From NCBI GenBank assembly GCA_021432655.1, contig MU271283.1, positions 1 to 64,000 on the forward strand: 64,000 nucleotides of DNA, in the 5' to 3' direction. Position 1 is the first letter of the stretch; each line of letters begins with the position of its first letter. The translations under genes and the position numbers were made by a program. Shown one piece after another: positions 24,529 through 37,627 of this stretch. The stretch comes from Atractiella rhizophila (Eukaryota). The notes under the pieces were generated by a model. It did not search any database. It worked only from the letters and a program-made list of their open reading frames with translations, and was not told where the DNA came from.

Positions 24529-25421
24529 TTATATTTATAAAGAAGGTGAGTTCCGTCGTCTCCTCCTATCTATTGTACATTGGGATGTGGAAGGTGGAGA
24601 TGAATGCGCTATGAAGATAACCGCAGTTACAGAGTATGCGGTACCCTTTTATTTCTGGCACCTCTGCTTTGATCCCTCTTGGCTCTTCGGAGTGGGAGGG
24701 CGATGAAGTCCTTGACGTTCTGAGCGCTCATCTTCTCTTCCTTCATTCTCCTTTCTTGTTTGAAGCGTGAAATGCTGACTACGGTTGGTGGCCCAGTTCG
24801 CAACACCATGAATAATTCAAACCATCCATAACCTTCTGCAAAGCACATGTCGTTCATAATCCACATTGAGACTGTCCTGCATGCTTGAGTGAATAAGACC
24901 AGAGAAGCATCCTATAAGAGGGTCTAGTGCAAAGCCCACAAATCTAGACTATTACACGCGGTGCGAGATCGAAGCGCTTTGCGAAACCGAAGGGTCTTGT
25001 TGATATCCTTTCCTTCCTAGAGAGATAGGGAGATTCCTTCGGTAGGTCCTCCAGAAAGTCCTGCGGCTTAGCATGTTGGTTTCGAAAGAAAGCTGACAGT
25101 CAACAGAGCAGGATGTTCAGGATGACTACATTCCTTCCCTTTTCATCATACTAAGTGGATGTATGGAATAAATACAGGTTAAGCTATGTATATGTGTGAA
25201 GGAAAGAGTCCTTGTGCTTTGTCGGATGATCACCAGGATTGCAAGTACTAGAAGAGATAAAGATGAGGATGACTGAATCGAAACTGGGTGAATTGATGAA
25301 ACAACATCATGCGAGCCACTACTGTACTACTGAAGATTTATAGTAGACTGTCCACAACAGAACTTGAACCCTTGTTCCCCATCTCAATCTAAAACCCAAA
25401 ATGTCTTCGTTGACATCGTTC

Positions 25422-27830
25422 CTACTCCCAACCAGCACTACCTCCGCTTCCCGTCCTTCCATGTCCCTCGAATCCCATCCTCTTCTTCACGCCTCTCAAT
25501 CCGCTGACGACAAGTCTCAAGTCGACACCTCCCATGGGTGGGCTCAGGTCATGCTTCAAAAACTCCCTACATTCTTCATCGTCCAATGTCATCAAAGGTA
25601 AGAGAGTATCGACTCCCGCATCCTTGAACGTTTTTTCGTAGGAGACGAGTCTCCCATCTGGTAAACAAGAGGCAAGGAAGTCTCTGATAGGCATGGAGGA
25701 GGAAGGTGCGAGAGAGGAGGAGGAGGACTCAGATTGGTGGCGAGAGGAACCTGGAGTGCGGGAGCGGAGGGAGAGAGGAGGAGTTGGAGCCGAGGGACGA
25801 TCGTAGGCTAATGGCGAGCGAGGGGAGGGAGGAAGAGATTGGCCTACTGGAGAGAAGACGATGCGCTCTCCCTCTTCTGGATTTGGTTCCAGCGAAAGAG
25901 GCTCCAGGTCCGGAAGAGTGGGTAAATCCCCTTTCTTCACTATGAAATACGTCGTGCCCTTCTTGTCCCCTAGTCCATTCCACGCGAAGCGATCACTCTC
26001 GCTCATGTCAGGATCTTCTCTTCCGCCAATCGCGAAGATAAGATCCCACACTGCATGGAGAATTCCTTCGATCACCGTCTCTGGAGCATCCGATTTCTTC
26101 GCCTTTGAGTCCGGAACCAGGTTTGCAAGAGTATCCGGTGCTACTTCGGCTGATAGAAGTGTCACAATCACATCCTTCTCTGTGGTTCCTTGCAGGAGGG
26201 TGTTAACAAGAGAATCCAACCCTGCCGTCAACTCAGTATTGTCATTGTTAAGAGTTCGTCGCCAGGGCGAATTGGGCAACGACTTTGTTCTGTCGAGTAT
26301 TTCGGGTGGTGCCCTATGTTGCTGAATGGTCGAGGAACGCGAGCCGTGATTTTGTTTAGCAATGCTGATGGCCTTGCGCAGGCTTCTCACCGCATGAACG
26401 AGATGAGGTGCCTTAAGCGGATCATTACTGTTGTTCAGGAGATCTGCCCTCACAGCTTTGTACCCTGTGCAAACCCGTTTGTTAATGTTGTCTAAGCGGG
26501 GCGAAAATGTACCTGGGCAGTCACCACGGATGGAGTCAAAAAGTCCAGTGCCTTCGCAGAAGTCTTCATCCAGATTTACATTCACATGAGGTATAACCCT
26601 GAGCAGCTTCAAATGCTCTGCGGTCCACTGGCTGCCTGATTCAACGCCGACTCGATTCTTGAGTTCATCCAGATCAAACAAAGGATTCTCGTAGGCTGCT
26701 ATCCATCTGGGCCGTGTGAGCCTCGCACGCAAAGAGCAACGAGGCTTACTTGCTCTCGCCGTCCCCAATGTCAGGCCAATCTAATAGTAGAGTCAGAACT
26801 AGAACACATGAGAGCAAATGCAGGCGTGCCTGTCTCAGAATAGTTCTTTCGTACTACCGTTCGAAGACCGTAGCTTGTCCCTAAATCACGATGAAGCTCA
26901 TCAAGCCAAGTTTTACGCGGCAATTTGAACTAACCTCGGCTAGTAGACACGGCGGCTTCATGGGCCTCGTCGCTAGCTCCCCTCCCTTCCCCTTTTCCCT
27001 CGAATTCGGTATCTACCACTTTATTGGAAAGCTTCAAGGCAGTGGGATTATCTTCAACAATGTCTGTTCTGTCTTGCGCTGCGCCACATAACATATATCA
27101 GATTGCTTTGAAAGTCGCGGCTGTTTTGATACCTTGATGCACCGCCTCATCCTTTGCTTTCACTGGAAAATGGGCTTAATTACTACCGACAGCGAGGAAT
27201 TACTCACTACTCCTTGTCCTCCTTCTATTGAGCAACTCTGTGGGCAGTTCAGGTAAGGATATGTGCGTTTCTCTCCTGATGAAGGCAAAAATCATACCAC
27301 CAGCAACGGACGTCTCGTGTTTAGTCACTGTATTGCACGCTTGTCCCTCATAAGTCTAGGCTTTCCTGCAATTACAGAACTCACATATTTTCGACATACC
27401 CCCCGATCCTCCAGATATTTCAGGTTCGAAGCCACAAAACCACAGATCAACAAGGGTAAGCTTACCATCAGTAGATAATGGTCTATCTGCTGCGCTAGCC
27501 TTCTCGCTACGATTTTCTTTGGAAAGGTGATGAGATTCTCAAAGTGTAACAGAATGAACCCTTACTGTTACTCCGCTTTCGTTTTGGATGAGGTTCTAGC
27601 CCTAACAGACTGATGAGTGCAGCTGAAGAGAGAGGAAAGCGCTTACCGCTGGATAATTTTGCTGTTGTTCTCTTCATTGTTACAGTATCACGCGCAAGGA
27701 GATAATGGAAGAAAAAATGATAGCCCGCTCCTCATATACCCGTTGTTGTTGGTGGCGTGGCGGTGACGGAGTCACGGTTCGACAAGGGAGGGTTCAGTTG
27801 TTGGCGCGATCTCGTGACTCTTGTTGGCAT
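25422..27830 (-). CDS. Unknown protein: SGSxW-motif domain, S/P linker, C-terminal SAM-like domain
   Basis: Open frame 25422-26768 with ESGSQWTAEHLKLLRV and IRDFLAS..LVSYEKTFKDAGVDTLLPLMTLD..FLKHDL..GGVDLRLVVSGL; upstream exons and the ATG at 27830 (MPTRVTRSR) are tentative. Confidence 0.55.
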
Positions 27831-28271
27831 TGGATTTTGGCTTCTCCCTCAGCTGTTCCTCTGTTTCTGTAGTTCACAGTGCAGTTTCTTGCGGACGCCA
27901 ATGCATTGCTGGATTGAAGTCCAAATACTAATACTCTTGGATATCAAGCACAATCAAAATTAGTTGTTCATATGACTTGACACAGTTTGCAGCCAAGATC
28001 ATCCAAAAAAGGAAGCTGCCGACATGTTTATCTAAATTCTACTAAGAGGATATGAAAATGAGGACAGAATAATTGATTGGACAACTTCGAAAGTCGAATT
28101 CCATTGCCAAGATTGATTGTGGGTAGCTTTGTAAATTTTTATGCTTATTTTGAGGTTATTAGATAGTCTGCAGTTCCGGCGCGCCGTTCCAACAAAGCAC
28201 TCATTGCCACTGTTGCAAACCTACCGTTTCTTTTCGAGAAAAGAGCACATTATTTGCCAGAAAATTTGGTT

Positions 28272-30072
28272 ATGCTTGCACAGACTCGTGCTCAAGCAAA
28301 AAAGGTAGAAGCGGCGGAACAAGAGAGAAAGCGACGCGAAGAACTCGAAAATTCCTTCAAGCTCAGAAGTGGAAGGATGATGGCGAGAGCAGGAACAGCA
28401 CAATGGCTGATAAATATCGGAGAACGAAAGCGCAAGTTAGCAGTCCGAAGGAGTACTGTGCAGGAAGAGAAAGAAGGCCATGGTCGAAAACGAAGGAAGC
28501 TCGGTGCTCGAGAGGTTTCGAAAACATCTGTAGACGCTGTTGCCGAGGTCCTCTACGCTATGGCCCCATCAATCCGACTTCATCCAATTCCATCACTTCA
28601 GTCTGTTGTCTCGGGTGCTCCAGGTGACTTTGACACCACGAACTTAGATTTTCAGAGTTTGCATGCCGCACATCTTGACCGCCTGCGAGACAGCAAAACC
28701 TCCATACCTCAGCAATCCATTCTCGCAGCAGATCTTCTCAGCAACCGATTTTACTGTAGCTACCTTTCAACAAATTCCAGAAATTCTCCTGGATTATCTC
28801 GAGAACAACAAATTGGGGGGGATGGTGACTCCGTCGAAGAATGGATGGATGATCATGTCATCGCCTGCAGAGTCGTACCTCTGCTTAACCGCCCTCTCTC
28901 AGGCATATTCAGTCCGGAATTCCTTCGCCTGCGACCAGGTAAGTTTCAGAGACCGCTGTGCTGAACTTCATTGATAGCCTAACAGAAGAAGAGGACGTCT
29001 TGGAGGATATCGCAGCTTTGAGCCTTGAGGACCTCGAATTCGATGATCGGGTAAAAATTCCAAAGGAGCATCGTTTCAAAAAGTTATTCGATGAATTGAA
29101 AGGAGTTCTGCGAGGAGGCGGGTTCAATGAAAAGGATGGTCGAAGGCTCTTCCACGCTCTTTCAAAACCAATATTTGAGAGCAAGTTCATTGATACGGGG
29201 AGCACATGTAAACTCAACTTCGAGTACCGTGTTCTCCTTTACACCTGATCTCAGCTGATACACTTTAGTTGGCTTCGCGGCCATATTGACGACTCTATAC
29301 CTCTGGCTGGAAAACGATTCTCTGTCTCACGATATCACGATGTGACCTTGAGTGTTTCGGATCCCCCTATGTCGAACCCAGTTTCGGTCGCTAACTTCTT
29401 CTTCCGGGTGAAAATATTTGTCTTTCACCATACTACTATTGACTATCTGCTAGATGGAGGATACTCTTCGACCCCCAGCCAATTACGGAACGGCTTATCG
29501 GAAGTGGTACACATTTCGAGGACGCATCCGAGACAACCGCAAATATCCAACGAAGTATCGCGAGGCAAATCCTCCAATACCCTCACGTACGCCTACTCCA
29601 CCTCCCATACCAACACACTCAGAATACCTGGAAACGCAAAAGATTCCTAGCAAAGCATGTTACGCGACTGAACTCAAGCTGATGCTCGCTCAGATATCAG
29701 CGAACGCGAAAGAGTATGGCGTGGGAGATCATGAGGTGCGCTGTTTTCTGGTTCTCTTTTAATCAACGTTAATTAATGATGAGGATCTGGTAGGCTGTCG
29801 TAGTTGGAATGACGAATCTTCGAATGCACTTCTCAGTCGCCTACTTCCCAGAAGACCACATTCGCAATGCGATGGAGAAGTCTATTCTGCCGACGGACTC
29901 TCTGATTTATTTTCTTCAGAGTGAGGAGTACGATCTGGCAACTGTGGATGGACGACGCGGAGCACTGAACGGTGTCATAGCTCTGACGAACTTTTTATTG
30001 TCAGGGAAAGCCAAAATCGGTAGACTCCAGAAGTATTTCTCAGATAATCCGACGCATCCTTCTACCTCTTAA
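28272..30072 (+). CDS. Family X copy 2, the most intact copy (about 5 exons); unknown protein
   Basis: MLAQTRAQAKK.. through ..SEEYDLATVDGRRGALNGVIALTNFLLSGKAKIGRLQKYF..*; GT-AG introns; probable compensating frameshifts near 28697 and 28818. Confidence 0.65.
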
Positions 30073-30928
30073 TCTTGATTTCTTGCTTGAGCTTTCTTGT
30101 GTTACCTTTGCTGATTTCTTTTTGGTGGACTGCACAAAATCGTGCTGGAAGGATGAAAGATTGAGTGCAACTGTCTATTCACCAGCCTCATCGTCAGAGC
30201 TAGCAGCGAATTAACACAATCCAATCCTCCATCTTAATTTAAGAACTGAAATTTGCGTCGTCGAATCTAGATATAATTCTCAGTAAATGCGTATAATTAA
30301 AGAGAACTGGAGTAAACGCTGTGAGCTGTGTTCCGCCTCGAATCCACTGGGGAATGCAAACCTATTGACAAATACAGCAACTGACCGTCTGCCGCTGATA
30401 CATCTGGTTGCAGATTGCGTTCATGTGCAAGTTAATGTCACGGGCGACGCGACACCTCTTCAAAAGCAGGGGATACATGGGTATTGGGAAACGTCAGATG
30501 CGAATATGTGCATGAACGCCTTGGATTCTATTAATGATTGCCCGATTCTGAATATGGATGTATATTCAGATGAGTGTGGCCTACGTTTGGAGGAGGACGT
30601 CCCCCTGCGGTCTCAACAAAGATGACTTTGAGTGTTTGCGCAGCATGAGCTTGGGCTTGAGAAGCACGCATGACTCACGACTAGTCCCCAATGCAATGCT
30701 CCATGACTAGTCCAAAGATGAGGCTTTGAGGCTTTGAAGAAAGACAATCCTAATGGGACGGAGCGCTAGCGCTAGCTTCAGAACAACTACGTATCGTGAA
30801 GAAGGCTGAGATGGGGAACAATGACGGCCAGAGCGACAACAATGAAAAAGACAAACCGCCTGTTTTCGTTTGGGCCACCTTCATATTGAGTACTCCTCTT
30901 CCTCCCAGCTAGCTAGGCTCTTTTTGAC

Positions 30929-31553
30929 ATGGCAGAACAGACCCGTGCTCAAGCTCGAGCGGCGAAAGATTAAAAGTAGTGTGAAGCGGATGAACTTTCT
31001 CCCGGGCTACAAAGCGAACAAGCGAACATATGACCGCGAAGAATGCAATCTTCACGGTGAGGTCACAAGAGTAAAGAAAACCCGTGCTGAAAGGTGAACG
31101 GTGAATGATTGCGACGCACTTAAGCAGGGCTAACACAACTACTCCATAACTGCTCCATAACCTGGAATGAGGCAGAGCCTGTTCGGAAGTTTAAGCCAGA
31201 CGTTAGCTCTCGTAAACGAACCACTCCACCAGCACACACGAAGAAGTATGGAGTGGGAGATCATGAGGTGTGCTTTTCTCATACCTTTGCGTTTTGATCA
31301 ATAGTCGTGGTGGGCTGACGAATCTTCGAATGTACTTCTCGGTCGCCTTCTTCCAGGCAGATCACATCCCCAAGGTGATAGAAAAGTCAGTCTGCCAACG
31401 CAGTCTCTAATCTATTCTCAGAGTGAAGAATACGACCTACCGACCGCGGGTGGACGGTTCATAGAGCTCCAACGAAGTTCTCATTACAAAATCAGCAAAC
31501 TGATGTGTGTCCGAGTGTGTCTCAGACAGTCCAGCTCATCCTTCCACCTCTTG
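30929..31553 (+). pseudogene. Family X copy 3, internally deleted
   Basis: Starts MAEQTRAQARAAKD*; 31240-31553 aligns to 29708-30072 (KKYGVGDHE|..TNLRMYFSVAFF..SEEYDL). Confidence 0.75.
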
Positions 31554-32177
31554 ATTCGACCTTCGCTTTGTTGTGTTAACGTAATATATGTGACTGTAAT
31601 GTGCGACGTGCTTGATTGATTACAAGTGAAATGAGTAATCAGTTCATTTCCCCAGTAATTCGCGACAATGACCCCATTCAGATCTTTTCGAGTCGAAACC
31701 AGTGGAACATCGAATCCTGCTATCGTATGCCAATGTAAATTGATAGCAAAGCGGAAGTGGCCCTGACCCCTCCAGGAGAGTGGCGACTATCATCATGGAC
31801 GGTTCTGGAGTAGGCTTGAAGCGTGTGAGACATATATGGGAAGTTTCTCATGTCCCGCTCATCTGCCCGCTAGCCCCTGCGCCATTTTAGAACATGTAAA
31901 AGGTGGATTTCCTCTTTCAACCTTCCCACAGCCTGTGGCCGTCGAATATCTTGCAGTAAACACCCTGAGTCCTTGTCCTCCGTCACTTAAAGTCTTCACG
32001 CTCTCCAGCGAGCAAATTGCTTCGTTCTCCGTCTCCGAGAATCCACATTTTGGAAATTTACACTTCGAAGTATCACTCGTCATTTGCCCAATTCACGTAC
32101 TCCTTGAGAACGACCAGGCTCGTTTCCCTTCCCGCCTCTCGTATCGCGTTGACCTTTGCAATAACAGCTCCTTTGAT

Positions 32178-32285
32178 ATGTCGCTTACTCCCGAACCTCT
32201 TGCGCATACTTCCATTCCTCAGATCCACATCCCCACGCATCGAACGATCGCACCGCATCGTCAATGCATGAAGAAGCGTCACCCC
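32178..32285 (+). other. 5' fragment of the gene at 39958-40614, cut by the N gap
   Basis: MSLTPEPLAHTSIPQIHIPTHRTIAPHRQCMKKRHP. Confidence 0.8.
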
Positions 32286-32310
32286 NNNNNNNNNNNNNNN
32301 NNNNNNNNNN
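32286..32310. other. Assembly gap (25 N)
   Basis: 25 consecutive N at the junction of the large duplication. Confidence 1.
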
Positions 32311-33263
32311 TACATTTGACGCGATGCAAGGAGAGGGAGAGACAGAGAGGGGGAGAGGAAGCAGAGATACTAAGGCTACTAGTACCCTCGATCAACGCAG
32401 AGTCGATAAGAAAGGAGGGAAATGTGAAGAAGTCGAGGGAGAAGTTGAGACCGCCACCTTTGAACTTGGGCGAGCCGAAAGCGATGTCAGAGGAGGAGAA
32501 AGTGGAGGGGAATGGTACAGGTGCGCGCCGCTCTCTTCTTCCAAAATCCCTCGCACTGACTGTATTCCCCTTGGTAATGCAGAAGTCCATTGAAGCCCTC
32601 TCATCCTCAAAAGACGACTTGATATCTCAACAACGTTCAAGAAGTCCGTTCACATCCACCCCTCCCCTCTTGCTCATTGCTGAAACCAATATCTGATCAG
32701 GTACATAAGCGAGCGGTGGTCGATTGACATGCACGATCCGAAGATGGCAAACGCGATTCCGCGACGCCATTAGGAACGACATGCACTTTGACCTTCCAAG
32801 AGGCTACCGAGGGAGCGTTGGCTTACGCAGCGCTGGAGTGGAGGTGCGTTCATTCACTCCTTTCAAACTTCTTATGGCAGGAAATGGACTGAGCCTTTCG
32901 TAGATCCCTGTGACGCCTGTGCATAGTAGGCTCAAGAGTTTGACGCCGGATACGAGAAGAGCGATGGTGAATCAGAGGAAGAGATACGTTCAATGAGCAG
33001 TATGATGTTTCGGTTTAAGTTGTTGTTTTGCGCGTTTTGAGTGCGAGTGGTTCAGTTCACACATCATAGACGGTATCGTCCATCTCTTTTCTTGGGTTTT
33101 GTCTTTTGTTCTCGCATCGATCTTAACCATCTTGTTTCACTATGCAATCAACTCCCCATGTTCTTGTCCCAGCACTGAAAACTGATGGTGTACAATTCTG
33201 ATGAATTGCGATATCGAGTAGCTTTACACTCTCACTCTCGTACGAAAACAGAATAGAAAACGC

Positions 33264-34700
33264 TTAATCCCATCCAGACGCCTCAGCCACTGGAGCGGCA
33301 GGCTCATCTCCTCCCCATCCATCCTTTGTCCCGGAAGGTACCTCTCCGACAACCTGCTCCTCAATAACATCTGCAACTTCTGGAGCAGCCTGCTCAGTGG
33401 CGGGCTGGTAATGGAACTCGCCAGCTGGACGAGGCTCACTATATTTCCCATCAGAACTGGCATGTGATCGTCAATAATGAGCATACGCGTGAGTAACGGG
33501 GGCTGGTGCAGCAGACTCTTCTTCGGCTCAACAATGGTGACCATATCAGGAAGAGGACGCTTGGGTCCAGTCTTGCCCTCAGGATCCCAAGGCTTCATGC
33601 TATTTAATGGAGAGTTAAGCAAATGGGATTTGGTAGGGAGAATAGACATACATCTTGACCTTGATACCGAGGACACCTTGGCGAAGGAGGACGTGCCTGA
33701 CAGCCTCATCCACGAAGTCCCTTGCTGGCTGACCGGAATGAATCATGAATCCATCGGTGAACTTCATGCTCTTTGCCCTCGCACTATCCATTAAGATGGA
33801 TTATTCGAATCTACCTCTAGTCCCCAGAGCAGACAAAAAAGACATACGCTCTGAGCTTTCCGGAGACGACAACCTCAACACCTTTGGCGCCGCTCTCCAT
33901 AACAAATCGCACAACGCCATAGCAAGCCCTTCGGTACGCCAAACCCTGCAGAAGTTTGTAGCGGAGAGATTCGGCTTGAGCGACGGCAGAGAGACCACGG
34001 TGCGTCACTTTTTCAGCAAAAGTTCGAGGGCTCCTTCAGGGAAGTGAAATCTCTTGGTAAGGAGCGAGGTGAGCTCCCTGATCCTGCGTCCTGTACCACA
34101 ATATGCATTCAACCTTGGGGAAATATGAAGACGGGAAACTAACCCTTCTCTCCCAAAACTTCCTGGGTATGGGTGGCGCGGATGATAATTTCGGTTTTGG
34201 CATGGGCGACACGGACTTCGCAACCGGAGTATCCCTCAGAAGACAACTCTCGGGTGAAGAAGTCATTCAATTCGGCTAGTACCAGAGAGGCGAATCAGTC
34301 ATCGGATCTCAAAGAGAAGCATCCAGACTAACCATAGAAAACACCTAAGTTGGCAGGAGAATTCAGTATTTCTTTGGTGCTATCGATTGCTTAAACATAC
34401 CGTCGGCAACGAACTATGGTTCACATCAAGTTAGTGAGCGATCGAAGTGCAGCAGAGAGCAGGGAGTCAGAGTTTCAGGGCAAACGATCACACAACTGCT
34501 GTCATGTCCACTCGAAGAGCTAAGAGTTTTCAATCATTGTCTTCTTGCCAGAAGTAAAACAATATTGGTGGCAAGTGGACATTATTTGCCATGCCCTCTC
34601 ATCAGTTGAAGCAGGGATAATGCGACAGTCCCCAATGTATTGCACCATGCAAAGAGCAGAAACGAACCTTTCTACGTTTGCTAATAGTTCCGCTAGACAT
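33264..34700 (-). pseudogene. RPS3: Second RPS3 copy, frameshifted as assembled (probably an allele with sequence errors)
   Basis: Same exon structure; homopolymer deletions near 33522 and 34020. Confidence 0.85.
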
Positions 34701-34879
34701 TTTTCCTACTGTTAATCCTTCCCGTAGAGTCCCTACGCTTTTTATAAGCACGACGAAGCTGGTCGATCCCAAGTCACGATCTTGAGTTGAGGAGTTAGGG
34801 TTGCGCAAGAAAAACAAACAGCCGCCGCGCAGCATAAGGTTTCGGTACCCTATAAAAGCACATCACAATTGCAACTACC

Positions 34880-36290
34880 ATGTCCAACATTGCTTCTACT
34901 TCCTCGAATTCGGTATCTGACCACAGCAGTTGGTAAAGATGCAGAGCCAGTAAGATTATCAAAGTCAACAATGGCTGACCTGTCTAGCGAAGCAAGCCAC
35001 AAAAAGGGCAGATATCAGAAGAAGCTTTGAAAGCCCAGACTGGTCAGATACCTATGATGCACCTGCCTTAGGTTAAATGGGTGTTTACGTTTCACTGGAA
35101 ATGGGCAAGTACAACCTATGGTACCATAAGTACGCGAATTTCTGACACTGAAGCTGTTTTGACACCAACCTTGCAGATGGGCGGGTGGTGATAAATTTGA
35201 TGAGTATAACGTGTACGTCTTTCTGCGCAGTAATGCAAACTGTCTTGGAATACTAACGGGAACTATTAGTAAAGAGAAGTCTCAAACCCGTTGTGTTCTG
35301 GCAACAGACACTGGGTACACGCGTGCAGACGGTGGAAACAATAAATACATCTGCCTCTTTTTTGCACGTGGGTGTTGTCCCTATGGGTTTGTTATTTTTC
35401 CTGTTATTTGCATCAAGCCGCTCACGTACGAGCAGGCAAGACTGCAGCTATCTCCATCGTCTTCCTCCGAAAGAGTCTAAGCTCCCCGACGCCGCTCGTG
35501 ACGTTTTCGGACGTGAAAAGTTTTCGAACTACCGAGATGATATGGGTGGCGTCGGATCTTTCCTGAGGCAGAATAGGACCCTGTACGTTGGTAGGCTGAA
35601 TGAAAGCGTGAGAGGAGGGAAGGAAGGAGAGATGGAAGATATGATCCTGCGGCATTTTGAGGAATTTGGGGAGGTCGAGAAGAGTAAGTTTTGTGATTTT
35701 GTCTCTATTGAACACTAACGAACTTGGTGTCGGTGGCAGTACGAGTACTTCATGGTCGCGGAGTCGCTTTTGTCACTTACATTTCCGAGCTTCAAGCACA
35801 ATTTGCGAAAGAAGCGATGATGCATCAATCCCTCGACCATGATGAAGTGCTGAATGTCCGGTGTGTTCTTTCGATCTCAGTACGTCGATATATGTCTAAT
35901 ACTCGCGCAACCTAGATGGGCGACTGAAGACCCCAACCCGACGTCAAAAGAGGAAGAGCTAGCACGACTGAAGAGAGTTGGGGAAGAAGGAATCGCCAAG
36001 CGTCTGCCTCCCGAATTAGTCCGCCACATTCGACAGCTCGATGACCTAGAGGGATTAAACGATGGTCTCGTCGGGGAGGGATCAGACGACGAAGATGGTG
36101 CCCCGCCAGCGAAGCGTGCTCGAATTGAAGCCGCACCCGCCCCGTTGCTCCGCAGATGCAGCAACCAACCGGGCTTCTCTCCTTTGGAGCGCTCGACAGT
36201 CTCAAATCTGTGGCAGGAGCTGCGGCGACAAAAGAGAAGCCCAACGCGTTGGGGAGCTTGGCGGATTATGGGAGCGATGATGAGGAGTAG
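34880..36290 (+). pseudogene. CWC2: Second CWC2 copy, frameshifted as assembled
   Basis: Same exons; garbled first exon and a 1-nt deletion in a C-run near 36143. Confidence 0.85.
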
Positions 36291-37468
36291 TTATATTTAT
36301 AAAGAAGGTGAGTTCCGTCGTCTCCTCCTATCTATTGTACATTGGGATGTGGAAGGTGGAGATGAATGCGCTATGAAGATAACCGCAGTTACAGAGTATG
36401 CGGTACCCTTTTATTTCTGGCACCTCTGCTTTGATCCCTCTTGGCTCTTCGGAGTGGGAGGGCGATGAAGTCCTTGACGTTCTGAGCGCTCATCTTCTCT
36501 TCCTTCATTCTCCTTTCTTGTTTGAAGCGTGAAATGCTGACTACGGTTGGTGGCCCAGTTCGCAACACCATGAATAATTCAAACCATCCATAACCTTCTG
36601 CAAAGCACATGTCGTTCATAATCCACATTGAGACTGTCCTGCATGCTTGAGTGAATAAGACCAGAGAAGCATCCTATAAGAGGGTCTAGTGCAAAGCCCA
36701 CAAATCTAGACTATTACACGCGGTGCGAGATCGAAGCGCTTTGCGAAACCGAAGGGTCTTGTTGATATCCTTTCTTTCCTAGAGAGATAGGGAGATTCCT
36801 TCGGTAGGTCCTCCAGAAAGTCCTGCGGCTTAGCATGTTGGTTTCGAAAGAAGCTGACAGTCAACAGAGCGGGATGTTCAGGATGACTACATTCCTTCCC
36901 TTTTCATCATACTAAGTGGATGTATGGAATAAATACAGGTTAAGCTATGTATATGTGTGAAGGAAAGAGTCCTTGTGCTTTGTCGGATGATCACCAGGAT
37001 TGCAAGTACTAGAAGAGATAAAGATGAGGATGACTGAATCGAAACTGGGTGAATTGATGAAACAACATCATGCGAGCCACTACTGTACTACTGAAGATTT
37101 ATAGTAGACTGTCCACAACAGAACTTGAACCTTTGTTCCCCATCTCAATCTAAAACCCAAAATGTCTTGCCTTGACATCTTCCTACTCCCAAGAGCTGGC
37201 CCCACTTCCCGTCCTTCCGTGTCCCTCGAATCCCATCCTCTTCTTCACCCCTCTCAATCCGCTGACGACAAGTCTCAAGTCGACGCCTCCCATGGGTGGG
37301 CTCACTGCTTAGGCCATTAGGCCGTGACAAAATCGTACGCCTCCTCCTTTCGCCACTTGCGCACTTGCGCGTTTCCACTTTCGTCGAGCGTGTTCTGGAA
37401 CTGTGGCAACTTCTCTTTTGCCACAGGGATCTTAGCTATAAAAGCCTTTCACCTGCAAGTGCGAGACT

Positions 37469-37561
37469 CACACTTATTTGTTATCTCGCACTTCGCAGGT
37501 AATGTCGTTCCCTTACATACTAAATGCAACACACACTTATTTGTTATCTCGCACTTCGCAG
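37469..37561 (+). repeat. Two perfect 30-bp direct repeats (37469-37498, 37532-37561)
   Basis: CACACTTATTTGTTATCTCGCACTTCGCAG twice, period 63. Confidence 0.9.
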
Positions 37562-37627
37562 CGCTCGCACATTTGTCAGGCCGTCCGTAACTTTCTCTTC
37601 CACCAGAAAAATCTGTCTACTCGCGAC

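Larger units (their letters stand above)
20564..25546. repeat. Duplicated block A (H15 gene 3' part, RPS3, CWC2, SAM-gene tail); second copy 32311-37304
   Basis: Near-identical by direct comparison. Confidence 0.95.
32311..37304. repeat. Duplicated block A', second copy of 20564-25546
   Basis: Synonymous SNPs plus many 1-nt indels; 34900-35110 heavily garbled. Confidence 0.95.

Noticed and set aside
25110..25150. ATGATGA...CTGA on the minus strand as a C/D snoRNA
   Set aside because: Boxes only ~22 nt apart, no terminal stem or second D box
30287..30625. 112-aa ORF between family X copies 2 and 3
   Set aside because: No motif, homologue within the window or splice support
31836..32696. 286-aa ORF in the ORF track
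   Set aside because: Runs through the N gap and joins two unrelated genes
33264..36290. Real RPS3 and CWC2 pseudogene paralogues
   Set aside because: Homopolymer indels plus synonymous SNPs next to a gap fit an error-containing allele better
37469..37561. 30-bp repeat with 33-nt spacer resembling a minimal CRISPR array
   Set aside because: Only two repeats, eukaryotic context, no cas genes, no palindrome
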